From: Nemertoderma westbladi
Lineage: Eukaryota > Animalia > Xenacoelomorpha
Length of the DNA: 60,666 nt
Direction of reading: 5' to 3'
NCBI GenBank assembly: GCA_032718475.1
Contig: JAUCBJ010003198.1
Span: forward strand, 1-60,666
The notes below the pieces were generated by a model, which saw only the letters and a list, made by a program, of their open reading frames with translations, made no database searches and was not told the DNA's origin. Numbering within the stretch: position 1 is the stretch's first letter; every line of letters starts with the position of its first letter. Positions 23,289 to 35,910 of this stretch are shown here, piece by piece. The translations under genes and the position numbers were made by a program.

Positions 23289-25678
23289 ATTTCTGAACGA
23301 GCAGCCAAAAATGGCCTCAATTGCTCAATTGTCACGTTTTTCTCATCAGGTGCAACAAATTTGCTAGCTAGTGTGCTACTGTGCCATGGGTGGCCATATA
23401 TTACTACATTATAACATGGTATAGCCTACCGTCTCTTAATTATACTTGATATACACACTTTGGTACTACTGTAGTATGGTATTGTTATGTAAAATAATGA
23501 TGTTCTAGAACACATATTTTTTGTTAAATTGACTAATTTTATTATAAATTATTTGTTATGTGTATTACATTGTTTAATTACCTATAAACATTAAACGCTA
23601 CCGATTTCAATGCTTGCTAGCGATTTTGAAAGTTAGCTATTATTTTTTGAAAAAGCAACTTTAAGAACTAGCTACTACAAAACAAAATAACGTTTATGGG
23701 TACACATACTATCTACATATTTTTTTACTAGCTATTTTTAAGCAGTTTTTTTGCATATGACAATATTCTAGAACATGTCCCGCGGCAAAAAAATATATGA
23801 ATTTTTTTATGGTATCTAGTATATTTTTTGTCTAGCTAGTGTTTTAAAAAAAAATTAAGAACTAGCTACTACAAAACAAAATAACGTTTATGGGTACACA
23901 TACTATCTACATATTTTTAAAAAAAATTTACTACCTATTTTTAAGCGCAGTTTTATTTTTTTCAAAAAATAAAAGAAGCAGTATGACATTCTAGAATATT
24001 TTGTTACTTGCAAAGTAAAAAACTGTCACTAAACAATAACACGAATTGAAAAGAGTAAATGAAAAGATGGAAGAAATCCATTCATGGAGATAATAAAGAA
24101 ATAACAGCAACCTACCCTGTTGATTAAATCAAATACTGTTTAAATATTTATATGGTTAAATATAAATATCTTGAAACATGGTAACAATGGTTTATGTTAT
24201 AAAAATGTAGTGTTATACGGAACTGTGACTCAAAGTATGTAGTACCCATCTCAAAATTTGGTATATATAAATATTATTATATCGTACTTTTGAAATATGG
24301 AACACAGGAACATACAGTAAAATCCACTCTAATCTACTTTGCTAAGGTACTTCTGCACTTTATTATCTGTACTATCCCTTACGGTATCGATTTATGAGAC
24401 GGGTACAATAAAAAGAGATGCACAGTACAGTAGAAAGGAGCTAAACTGGAAATAACAAATATAGTTACCGTAGAAACATCAGCTGAATATTATAATCGCT
24501 GAAATTTGTAATTTTTAATAATTATGTTAACACTTCAACATGTCAGGTTAGGACATAAATATCAGCCCAATTTAGATTCTTAACCTTGTCTAAAGTTACA
24601 GAAAGGCCACGCTAATAAAATAAACATAATTTATCTAACTTTCCTGCATATTCTTGTAACTAATGGTATAATTAAAGGCGATTGAAATCGCAACACTAAA
24701 CTTGAATGCCGTCTCCATAGCAACAGGATCTAAATATCAGACAAAAAAGATTGGCAATTTTTCGTAAATGAACTAAATTGACTTTGTAGAAGATTTTAAT
24801 CCATTATGACGTGCTGTTTTGCAGTTGCTATGCCTTAAATGAGAATTACGTGGTCCTTAGCAACTAGGTCGTTATTTCAAAATGCCCAAAGTCAAAAATG
24901 TTATAATCGCCATTTCCTCATTAAGTAGGACCTATAGAACTCAAAACATCAAAAAAATTAAATCCGTCCAAAAATTTTCGGTATACCTTTGTGGCTGCCG
25001 GACTACTAATAATGCAACAGTAAATTACATCTATAATTAATTATTGGCTCGTACAACACATCACAGGAATACTAAAAATAGATATTTTTGCGCAGTACGT
25101 AAGAAATTCATGGTTATTTAATCTTCCTTCGCTAACATCTATTGCCGTTCATCAGTATGGTGTAAAAACAATGGTAAAGAATATAAAGAAAGAAATTAAT
25201 CAGAGTTTCCGGCACTCTTTCCAGCTATGTTATATTGGTCCAGTAATGAACTCATCCACGGGAGATCATTCAGATATACACAACGTTATATATAATTTTA
25301 TACGGTTGAGTTGATTCCACAACGGACAACATAAGTTTCGTTCTTCTAATTATAATTGAGCGACTTAATGTAATATTTTGTATATTTTTTGTCATGGACG
25401 GGACTGGTCCATTTGAGCGAGATAGTCTATAATTTCAATGCGTTGCCTGTTCTACGGCATATTTTATTATTATGTATAATTGTATGTTCGGTTCTTCCAA
25501 TATCTCTTTTATAATGTTATTTTACCTCGTATGACGTATCGTATATGTATGTATTATAGATGTATAAATACATAATTTTATTTGTGTTGTTCTGTGCCAA
25601 TCTAAGTAAATATACACACCATTTTACTAATTATAGCCACCGGGGCGTAATCCGGATGTAATAATAAAAAATAAAAAA

Positions 25679-25827
25679 AATGAGCGCAAACTGGAAAAAA
25701 GCCATATAGTTATAGTTCGAACTGTTTAAATCGAAACGTTCGAACTGATTAAATCGAAACGTTCGAACTCATTAAATCGAAACGTTCGAAATATAACTAT
25801 ATGGCTTTTTTCCAGTTTGCGCTCATT
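25679..25827. mobile_element. ~150-bp MITE-like foldback element
   Basis: Perfect ~36-bp inverted arms AATGAGCGCAAACTGGAAAAAAGCCATATAGTTATA around three copies of TTAAATCGAAACGTTCGAA. No clear TSD. Confidence 0.75.
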
Positions 25828-25934
25828 ATACTATTCCTTATTAGACCTATAATGGCTATGGGATCAATAATTATTGCTGTTTGGATGGACATCAGATGAA
25901 CAACAGACAGAGAGGGACAGTTGATGCGAAACAC

Positions 25935-26829
25935 GTAGTGCCATACAATGCACACTGGCAGTAGTGCCATACAATGCGCACTGGCAGTAGTGCCATACAA
26001 CGCGCACTGGCAGTAGTGCCATACAACGCGCACTGGCAGTAGTGCCATACAATGCGCACTGGCAGTAGTGCCATACAACGCTCACTGGCAGTAGTGCCAT
26101 ACAACGCGCACTGGCAGTAGTGCCATACAACGCGCACTGGCAGTAGTGCCATACAACGCGCACTGGCAGTAGTGCCATACAACGCGCACTGGCAGTAGTG
26201 CCATACAACGCACACTGGCAGTAGTGCCATACAACGCGCACTGGCAGTAGTGCCATACAATGCGCACTGGCAGTAGTGCCATACAACGCGCACTGGCAGT
26301 AGTGCCATACAACGCGCACTGTTAGTAGTGCCATACAACGCGCACTGACAGTAGTCCCATACAACGTGCACTGGCAGTAGTGCCATACAACGCGCACTGG
26401 CAGTAGTGCCATACAACGCGCACTGGTAGTAGTGCCATACAACGCGCACTGGCAGTAGTGCCATACAACGCGCACTGGCAGTAGTGCCATACAACGCGCA
26501 CTGGCAGTAGTGCCATACAACGCGCACTGGTAGTAGTGCCATACAACGCGCACTGACAGTAGTGCCATACAACGCGCACTGGCAGTAGTGCCATACAACG
26601 CGCACTGGCAGTAGTGCCATACAACGCGCACTGGCAGTAGTGCCATACAACGCGCCCTGGCAGTAGTGCCATACAACGCGCACTGGTAGTAGTGCCATAC
26701 AACGCGCACTGACAGTAGTGCCATACAACGCGCACTGGCAGTAGTGCCATACAACGCGCACTGGCAGTAGTGCCATACAACGCGCACTGGTAGTAGTGCC
26801 ATACAACGCGCACTGGCAGTAGTGCCATA
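25935..26829. repeat. 26-bp minisatellite, ~34 copies
   Basis: Unit CAGTAGTGCCATACAACGCGCACTGG. Confidence 0.97.
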
Positions 26830-27067
26830 TACTGCCACTGACTATTGAGTAATATATTAGCTCTAATGTGGATATGTTGTACTCTAGAGCTACATAACAA
26901 CTCACTGACAGTAACAACGATGTTAAGGAATCTTCACAATTTAGAATAAAATTGAATCGAAACAGTCTAGGGTACTCGGGATAATCAATGAAATTAAATG
27001 TGCCCTGTTGTTTATTAGACTTGCTGTTATATGCTATAATTAATCGTAATAACAATTACCGTTTTAG

Positions 27068-27186
27068 CCCAGGATAAATTATCGATGGATTTAGTTCGTT
27101 CTGAGGAAGAAGTTGAGAACGTCAAACGTAAATTTACCAAGGAGGTCGCGAGATTCGAAGAGCAGGAAGAACTTCTTACGTCTGTG
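27068..27186 (+). CDS. Exon B of coiled-coil gene
   Basis: gttttag|CC...GTG|gttagt; (A)QDKLSMDLVRSEEEVENVKRKFTKEVARFEEQEELLTSV. Confidence 0.8.
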
Positions 27187-27565
27187 GTTAGTATAGAACC
27201 CTGAAATTGTATTGTTTACGGGTCCATCGGTTTCCATAGAACACGGGAATGTCAATAGTTGACAAACAGGTTTCCTCTCCCTATTCGGTTACCATAGAGC
27301 AAGATCATGCACAGGCTGACAGCATCTACGGTAATAGTGACGGTAAGACGCATCCGTTGTGGGTGCAGGATGGAGCTGGGTTTTGGCAAGCAGATATTAC
27401 TACCGACAATATTACTCGTACTAAGGGATATGCTGTCTTCTACTGAGAGAGCTCAACATGGACTGCCATTGCGCAGCAGAGGCTCCAAGAAGTATTCTAC
27501 ATTACCAACTCCTACGACTGAACACACTCACTGAACACACTCACTGCCACTTTACTTCTTCCCAG

Positions 27566-27769
27566 ATTGCGGCTAAGGCCCGCGAACTACTTGAGATAGA
27601 ATTGAAGACAGATGAAGCCGCTAAGTTATCCGCTGAAGTTGAGAGGGAGTACCAGGGACCGTTGTTTGCGTTACAGACAGCCCACACCGCATTGTGCGAG
27701 CGATTCAATCAAGTGAACGAGGAACAAGGTCGTCTTAAAGATCAGTTGGAAACTGTATTAAAGAAACAG
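27566..27769 (+). CDS. Exon C of coiled-coil gene
   Basis: ttcttcccag|ATT...CAG|gttagt; IAAKARELLEIELK...LETVLKKQ, 204 bp, phase 0/0. Confidence 0.85.
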
Positions 27770-27929
27770 GTTAGTGAGGGAAAAAAACATTCACATAAAG
27801 AGTGCGAACTAAAGACATTTTACATTGAAATGATTTTTATAAATTTTAAAATAAAATGTTAAAAACGTTTACTAAACAGATTTACATTGATAGTTTCTAT
27901 TTTTGATTTGTTTTTAATGATTTCTATAG

Positions 27930-28135
27930 GTAGTATCTAATATAGAATGTAACAATCTGACCAGTCAGTTGTCTGAGATGAAGACCCGTCTGGATGTTGG
28001 TTCCAAGGCCTACAAGTTGCAGTATCTGGAGTGCCGTCTGTACAAAGAGGAACTAAGGAAGGTATTGTGCTCCGTTCCCGAAGATTTTACTCGTCGGTGT
28101 TCCAACATAGAACGATGTCTCAAAAGGAACGAAAG
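27930..28135 (+). CDS. Exon D of coiled-coil gene (TAX1BP1/CALCOCO-like segment)
   Basis: tttctatag|GTA...GAAAG|gtttgt. LSEMKTRLDVGSKAYKLQYLECRLYKEEL resembles the LKLRLQMAADHYKEKFKEC segment of TAX1BP1 as recalled from memory. Confidence 0.78.
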
Positions 28136-28307
28136 GTTTGTTTCTCTTTGCCTAAGTCGCGTCGTGTTTGTACGCCGAAAACAAGTATCTGGTTTTATGT
28201 TTAAAAGTATACTTAAGCAGTGAGGATAAAAGAGTATTTATTTTTAAGACTATAAATTTATCACGGTTATGTATTTATAGTTATGTATTTACAAGCCCCG
28301 CACTAAA

Positions 28308-29995
28308 CTATACCCAGACCCTGGTTCCCTATACCCAGACCCTGGTTCCCTATACCCAGACCCTGGTTCCCTATACCCAGACCCTGGTTCTCAACCCCAG
28401 ACCCTGGTTCCCTATACCCAGACCCTGGTTCCCTATACCCAGACCCTGGTTCCCTATACCCAGACCTTGGTTTCCTATACCCAGACCCTGGTTCCCTATA
28501 CCCAGACCCTGGTTCCCTATACCCAGACCCTGGTTCCCTATACCCAGACCTTGGTTTCCTATACCCAGACCCTGGTTCCCTATACCCAGACCCTGGTTCC
28601 CTATACCCAGACCCTGGTTCTCAACCCCAGACCCTGGTTCCCTATACCCAGACCCTGGTTCCCTATACCCAGACCCTGCTTCCCTATACCCAGACACTGG
28701 TTCCCTATACCTAGACCCTGGTTCCCTATACCCAGACCCTGGTTCCCTATACCCAGACCCTGGTTCCCTATACCCAGACCCTGGTTCCCTATACCCAGAC
28801 CCTGGTTCCCTATACCCAGACCCTGGTTCCCTATACCCAGACCCTGGTTCCCTATACCCAGACCCTGGTTCCCTATACCCAGACCCTGGTTCCCTATACC
28901 CAGACCCTGGTTCCCTATACCCAGACCCTGGTTCCCTATACCCAGACCCTGGTTCCCTATACCCAGACCCTGGTTCCCTATACCCAGACCCTGGTTCCCT
29001 ATACCCAGACCCTGGTTCTCAACCCCAGACCCTGGTTCCCTATACCCAGACACTGGTTCCCTATACCCAGACCCTGGTTCCCTATACCCAGACCCTGGTT
29101 CCCTATACCCAGACCCTGGTTCCCTATACCCAGACCTTGGTTCCCTATACCCAGACCCTGGTTCTCAACCCCAGACCCTGGTTCCCTATACCCAGACACT
29201 GGTTCCCTATACCCAGACCCTGGTTCCCTATACCCAGACCCTGGTTCCCTATACCCAGACCCTGGTTCCCTATACCCAGACCCTGGTTCCCTATACCCAG
29301 ACCTTGGTTCCCTATACCCAGACCCTGGTTCTCAACCCCAGACCCTGGTTCCCTATACCCAGACACTGGTTCCCTATACCCAGACCCTGGTTCCCTATAC
29401 CCAGACCCTGGTTCCCTATACCCAGACCCTGGTTCCCTATACCCAGACCTTGGTTTCCTATACCCAGACCCTGGTTCCCTACACCCAGACCTTGGTTCCC
29501 CATACCTAGACCCTGGTTCCCTATACCCAGACCCTGATTCCCTACACCCAGACCCTGGTTCCCTATACCCAGACCCTGGTTCCCTATACCCAGACCCTGG
29601 TTCCCTATACCCAGACCCTGGTTCCCTATACCCAGACCCTGGTTCCCTATACCCAGACCCTGGTTCCCTATACCCAGACCCTGGTTCCCTATACCCAGGC
29701 CATGGTTCCCTATACCCAGACCCTGGTTCCCTATACCCAGACCCTGGTTCCCTATACCCAGACCTTGGTTCCCTATACCCAGACCCTGGTTCCCTATACC
29801 CAGACCCTGGTTCCCTATACCCAGACCCTGGTTCTCAACCCCAGACTCTGGTTCCCTACACCCAGACCCTGGTTCCCTATACCCAGACCCTGATTCCCTA
29901 CACCCAGACCCTGGTTCCCTATACCCAGACCCTGGTTCCCTATACCCAGACCCTGGTTCCCTATACCCAGACCCTGGTTCTCAACCCCAGACCCT
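28308..29995. repeat. 21-bp minisatellite, ~80 copies, filling most of an intron
   Basis: Unit TATACCCAGACCCTGGTTCCC with a periodic 20-bp variant (ggttctcaacccc). Ends 20 nt before the acceptor at 30015. Confidence 0.97.
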
Positions 29996-30015
29996 CAAAT
30001 CCTATGATGTTTCAG

Positions 30016-30148
30016 GTCTATGAATCGAAACGCTGCTGGTGACCCCTGCCCCACGGACGTTTCTATGACAACCGATTGCGGGACCGCCGATGACACTGCC
30101 TCCAGCCGACCAGAGTCTTATAATAGAGAGACAAACAGATGGGATAAT
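30016..30148 (+). CDS. Exon E of coiled-coil gene
   Basis: atgtttcag|G...AAT|gttagt; completes the phase-2 codon; SMNRNAAGDPCPTDVSMTT...RWDN. Confidence 0.78.
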
Positions 30149-30550
30149 GTTAGTAAACCAAGTTGTTAGTAATGTCATTGTCCTGTCGGTGTGAGGGCGT
30201 GCCTGTGTAGGTCACAGGTCCCCCCTACCACCCCCCCCCCCCCCCCCCCCATTACCTACCCGAATCAGTTAATATATTTACCTTATACATCCATAGTAAG
30301 GTTACAATGTAAGACATTATCTGCCGAACTAAATAAGCCGCCTCTTTCAATTTTAGTTTTTGGGTGCTGTTATATTTTGATATTAATTAGTAATTGTTTT
30401 TAACATTTAATGTGTTGTCTACTATAAATACGGTACTTAGAATTTATCAACTAAATTGGCAGTATATTACTAGACTATAATTTTAGCTAGAGTATTGATA
30501 CTAACAATGACTTGTATATTAATTAGGATACTTTCTGTTCCGACCAACAG

Positions 30551-30637
30551 TGGTCTAAGGATGCTGTTATACACATACTGAAGAAAAGGTTAGAGGAGGA
30601 ACAACAGAAGAGTTGTTCTTTACAAGAGGAATACAAC
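30551..30637 (+). CDS. Exon F of coiled-coil gene
   Basis: ccaacag|TGG...AAC|gttagt; WSKDAVIHILKKRLEEEQQKSCSLQEEYN. Confidence 0.78.
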
Positions 30638-31274
30638 GTTAGTTTGATACACCGTTATAGTATTGGGTCATTAATTTATGATTCATTGGGGGGAGGGGGG
30701 GGGGGGGGGGGGGGGTAGCGCATTTTCTGACCAAAAAGTCGAATTTTTGAAACATATCCTATCTGATGCAGAATTTCATGCTGAATCCAAATATGGAAAC
30801 CGTTTTCCCATATCTTGCTTAGTTGTCGAGATATCTGGGATAGAAGATACTGGCTCCGATATATCGCGATATCGGTAAAGGAGATGAAGTTTGGGGTTTG
30901 CATTCAATTTCTGCAAATTTCTGTGCTCAGTGGTTCCAATTGGATGTCTCCACGAGAAAGAGCACAAAATTTTAATTGAGTTATTTTTTTATGATTATTG
31001 GACCTACTGATCAGTTTATAAGACAACTTCAAGTCTCCGGAATAAAGACGGGACTCGAATAGGCGACTCTGCGATCTATGCGGGATTACGCGGAATAGAC
31101 TTATCGGTCATCGGAGATCTTCAAAATGTATAATCTCCAGTTATAGTGGTCGTACGAAGGCTCATTTATTGGGCTCATTCGAAAGCTCTTTTCTCAGAGA
31201 CCAAAGTTACTGATTAACTTGAACTTCACTGATTTAATTACTCTAACAAAATACAAAGTTTTCATGTAAATTTC

Positions 31275-34200
31275 CGGGCGTTTATTTTAATTTTCACATG
31301 AATGACACTGAGAATGACAGAACTGCGAAGGAGTTTTACGATTTGTGCGATTGTTTTGGCTTCATTTGTTCGATTGACATCAATTAGTGGTTGAGGCAAC
31401 GCACAGATCTGGGAATACTCTCGGTCTCATTTTCTTCTCTCATCGACTTCTTCAAGGCCTTTGATTCACTCTCTCTCTCACGTATGTTCAGCATACTTTC
31501 ATTATATGGGATTCCTGATGAAATTATTGCAGCAATCAGATCAGTATACGATGGTTCGACAACATTTTGTGTCTACTGTTGACGGTGACACAGAACCATT
31601 TGAAGTGTTATGGGGCGTCCTCCAAGGAGACACACTTGCACCATTCTTGTTCATAATTGTGGTTGACTATTTTCTACGCATGTCCTTAGATCATCATAAT
31701 GATGATGGGGTGATGATAACTCCACCTACTGGCTCCAGAAGTCGAGGAAATCCTACCAAGTACCTAATTGTTCTAGGCTTTGCTGATGACTTAGGAGTAC
31801 TCTCAGAATCACTAGAGGGAGCCCAACGGCTCCTCAGCTCATTAGAACATGCTGCTTCTAGTGTTGGTCTTTTTATTAACTCCAGAAAGACCAAAATTTT
31901 GACAGTTAACTTTGAAACAGCAAGTCTCTGATCGGATGAGCATAAGCTCAAAAGATGGTATGCTTGAGCATGTGGTCGACTTCTGTTACCTGGGATCATG
32001 GATACGGAAGTCAGGTAAGACCTTCGAATACGTAAGGGAAAGGCATGGGCAGCCTTGAATAGGCTTTCCAGGATTTGGATGTCACCGAGAATTAATCAGA
32101 AACTTAAGGTCCGATTATTTAGAGAAGCAGTAGTTCCAGTACTCCTCTATGGGAGTCTGTCAAGTACAATGCTCACATCTCCAACCAGACACTATATAAC
32201 ATTGGAGGTGTCTCATTGGTTCCCCCAAGCTTGACACTAGAATAAAATCGCCTCCGCTTTGCAGGACATTGCTTTCGCCGTGAGGACCAGCCAGTGCATA
32301 ATCTTGTACTTTGGCAGCCTCATGGAGTGAATAAGCATGGTGGACAGCCCATGACTTTCTTGAGACGCATCTTAAAGGACACTGGCCTTGAAGATGCGGA
32401 TGATCTAGCAAATGTCATGGGTGATAGGGAGTTGTGGCGGTGCAATTTTGTCGATAAGCCGGCACAGCATTCTTAAAAATGCAGCTGCAATGCAGCATGC
32501 CGATCCTAGTTGTAGTAGTAGTGGGGCAACGCACAGATCTGGGAATACTCTCGATCTCATTTTGGTTCGTGAAGAGACAATACCTAAAATAAAAAAACAT
32601 CAGCATTAGAGACGTGGGTCTGTCGGACCACTTTACTGTTAGTTTCGTCCTTGACTATTGTAAACTTGAAAAACCAGACTGCGTTCGCACCTACAGGAAC
32701 ATCCATTGACATGAGTAAATTCCTACTTGATCTTCAATCATGCGATCTATTTCACTCGTTAGAAAATAATGTAGACATTGGCGACCTTGTTGTTAACTAT
32801 GATATCACACTGAAATCAATGTTGGACAAACACGCCCCATTGAAGTCGTCTAAGAGTAATTACAATCATAATAGTGCTAAATGGTACACCAGGGAAATCT
32901 CTGAGGCAAAACGCCTTCGAGGGCGTCTCGAAAGACGATATCGTAAGGATAAGTTGCATGTCGATTTACTCGCTTACCGTGAACAATGCACGCACATTAG
33001 TATCTAAAGCAATCGAAGAGGCAAAACGGGATTACTATTCTAGATTAATGACGGGAGCTGTAACGACATTAAGAAACTATTCACTGTTGTAAACGAAGTA
33101 GTGTCTGATAACGGTAGACTGGTGCTGCCACATGGAGACTCTGATGTTGATTTAGCTAATGAATTTGAAGATTTCTATTAAGCCAAAGTAAACAACATAC
33201 GTCTAGAATTGGACAAAAATGATGTAGAAAGTGATTACTATGCAGCAGACGATCGTGTTAGATTTACAGGTGTAAATCGTTTAATCGTCTAAATAATTTC
33301 GTTGATGTCAACAGCATCATGAATTCATGAAGTGTTCGATTGATGTCCTATTGCCAATACTTGTTTTCATTGTCAACTTATCCCTGTCTACTGCTCGTGT
33401 ACCTACATTGTTCAAAGAAGCTATTCTGATGCCGCTCCTGAAAATGAGAACTCTAAATCCAGATGTGCTAAACAACTTCAGACCAGTATCGCATCTGAAA
33501 TTTATCGCGAAATTAACTGAGAAGGTGGTAGTTAAGCAGCTAACTCAGCATTTGACAGTAAACTCGGCGGTGGGTGTAATTAATGTTAGACCGGTACTGG
33601 TACCGTTACCACACTACAGTACACACTACAGATATTATGCATTATTTTATCTCCATCCACCCCATCCCCCACATAATATATCCTGGCTACTATGGTAATA
33701 TGGCATATTAAATAACATACTAAAATAATATCTCGGCTTGCCACAGATATTTTGATTGACTCACATCTGACTTTGGATAAGCATATATCGAATGTAGTCC
33801 GGGGATCGTTTTACCACCTGCGAAACATATCTCGTATTAGACGATACCTACCAAGAAAGCAACTGGAAACTGTTATCCACGCATTGATTAATAATTAACT
33901 CGACTTCAACAATTCCTTGTATTTTGGTTTACCTCAAAAGATGTTAAAAAAGTACAAAATAGCGCCGCTAGGTTATTGAGAAATATTGGAAACTACGACC
34001 GCGAACATATAACTCCGATCTTGAAGGAACTACATTGCGTTAATGTGTTACAAATGCGTTAAAACGGCTTGGCCCCTCATATTTATCTGAATTGATATCT
34101 TGCTACGAACCAACAAGAACATTGCGTTCGAGTGATACCAACTTATTAGTGGTCCCACGATACCAACTCCAGACCTGCGGCAAACGCCCTTTCACATTCG

Positions 34201-34510
34201 CTGCCCCCATTGTGTGGAAATTTCTTGCCTCAACCAGTGCGAGACAGCTCGTCCCTGTCTATATTCAAATCGAAGCTGAAAAAACATTATTTCGATTTAG
34301 AATATAATTTTTAACTGAACATATTTTTATCGACATGGCAAATATTTTTTATATAGACGTGATTTTTTAACATAACCAGAAATGTATAATTGTAATACTA
34401 ATAAATTGTAATACTTCCTCCAAGTATTAAACTAATTATGTGTTCAGTGTACCTAGAGCACAATCAAGTATAGGCGCCTTATAAATTTCCTATTTTATTT
34501 ATTTATTATA
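31275..34510 (+). mobile_element. Degraded L2/CR1-type LINE split by an RTE insertion; RT core deleted
   Basis: FNFHMND, ATHRSGNTLDLIL, LSDHF, DKHAPLK, NFRPVSHLKFIAKLTEKVV, HITPILKELH and TRTLRSSD motifs. L2-style 3' end cctagagca...ggcgccttataaat(ttat)n. Confidence 0.85.
31434..32524 (+). mobile_element. 5'-truncated RTE-type LINE, copy 1, with 39-bp TSD
   Basis: DFFKAFDS, GVLQGDTLAPFLF and FADD motifs, (TAG)n tail. Flanked by a 39-bp direct repeat at 31395-31433 and 32525-32563 with one mismatch. Confidence 0.9.
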
Positions 34511-35059
34511 AAGTGTTTACTTTTAATAGTAAATATTTACAGAAATATCCTCATATTAATTGCATAAAATAGTAATAATAATTATTATTTTATGCAATTA
34601 ATAGTGCATATAAGTGTATATAGTGTATAGTAATTTTGGTTCAATTCGTATTAATACGATTTGAACCAAAATTATTGTGATTGCGACTTTGTGTTTTGTC
34701 AATTTCATTATTAACTAGATGTTTTATATTGAACTCAATTTCGGAAATTAATACATTTTAAATTTTAAATCTTTCACAATTTTATTACCTTCTGCTATTT
34801 TGCCAGTTTAAATACACATTCTGAATCTGAAAACACAAAGGAAAACAAAAGTAGTAAACATTAGAAACAAATGGTTCCTGATTAGCGGTGTTGAGGTGGT
34901 TCGTTGTCTTGGATCTTATTTATCCAGCTTTCTAACGGTATGTTGGTTTACTGGATATGTTCCTGGGTTGGAATTTTATAACTGTTTTTTTCTACTAGCA
35001 CATTGGACCCCGGACATTGAAAATGTAATTTTTTGGCCAAAGTAAATTTTCTTCGGCCG

Positions 35060-35300
35060 CTAGGCCAGGGATTGCGCACAAAGTCTGACGACTTATTTCC
35101 AGTGCGGTCCCCCCAGAACTTTACTCCCAAGAGGAAACTCCAGTACTCATTTAGCTACCACTAAAGGATGCAAGGCAGAGATGCGCCCTGGCTGGTCCCT
35201 TTAAAACATTCGTGCCGAAACGAAAACTGCCCTGGCCCATGTGAGGATCGAACCCAAGACCTGCAGGAGATGTGAATTCAATGCGACCACTACACCAAGG
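35060..35300 (-). mobile_element. tRNA-derived SINE with a Nin-domain-like core
   Basis: Minus strand shows A box TGGTGTAGTGG, B box GGTTCGATCC, then CATCCTTTAGTGGTAGCTAAATGAGTACTGG. 3' end uncertain. Confidence 0.7.
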
Positions 35301-35910
35301 TGGAACAATATTATAGGCCATATTATGTTCTGCTACGGGAAGACATATTACGCTTTAGCAGCTTTCATTGAAGCCATCAACCATTTGTAGAACCGCCATA
35401 AACATAAGTTATGACTTCGGACACCCGTTTGGCCAATTGGTGAGAATGGCCCTTACGTGATTAAATCATAATAATATTAATAATCATATTAATAACTCAA
35501 TAATAATAACTTATTCACAAGATTTCTGAATCTGAATTTATATCCGAAATTCATATTAGTATATCATAATATACCTATTATATTCATATATAAATATATT
35601 AATTATACATGAATGTATTATAAATACTAGCTATTTATTGTTATTGAGTATGATAAAACACTTTATTTTGCAGCGATTCAGTCAGACTGCAGTAGATATT
35701 ATATTAAAAATGTTGCAGAAATTATATTAAAAACCTCTGTTAAATGAAATACGTCTTGAATCATTTGAAAAAAAAATCATTACTCCTGGGTGGACATTAC
35801 TCCTATAAAGAGGGCAGGGCAAATAGCTTTTTTAAATTTCGGATGAATATGGCCGAAATAAAATTAAAAATACCGATCCCGATCCCGATCCCGTTGCAAC
35901 ACTAATGCAG

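Larger units (their letters stand above)
20165..25005 (-). mobile_element. Academ-superfamily (AcademX-type) DNA transposon, internally deleted
   Basis: Termini TAGTCCGGCAGCCA...TGGCTGCCGGACTA, imperfect inverted homology for ~290 bp (e.g. CCGAAAATTTTTGGACGGATT), 3-bp TSD CTA at 20162-20164 and 25006-25008. Encodes transposase, XPG-like H3TH and Cys-rich remnants. Confidence 0.88.
7800..25680 (+). mobile_element. Degraded two-ORF non-LTR retrotransposon (APE-type, RTEX-like), interrupted by a satellite and an Academ element
   Basis: ORF1 remnants, endonuclease and RT motifs are collinear. The frame resumes after the satellite (20060) and after the Academ (25009). A-rich tail taataataaaaaataaaaaaaa at ~25660-25680. 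Clade and both boundaries are inferred. Confidence 0.8.

Noticed and set aside
30716-31270. Possible DNA-transposon remnant
   Set aside because: It looks repeat-like, but I could not find paired termini, a TSD or coding motifs.
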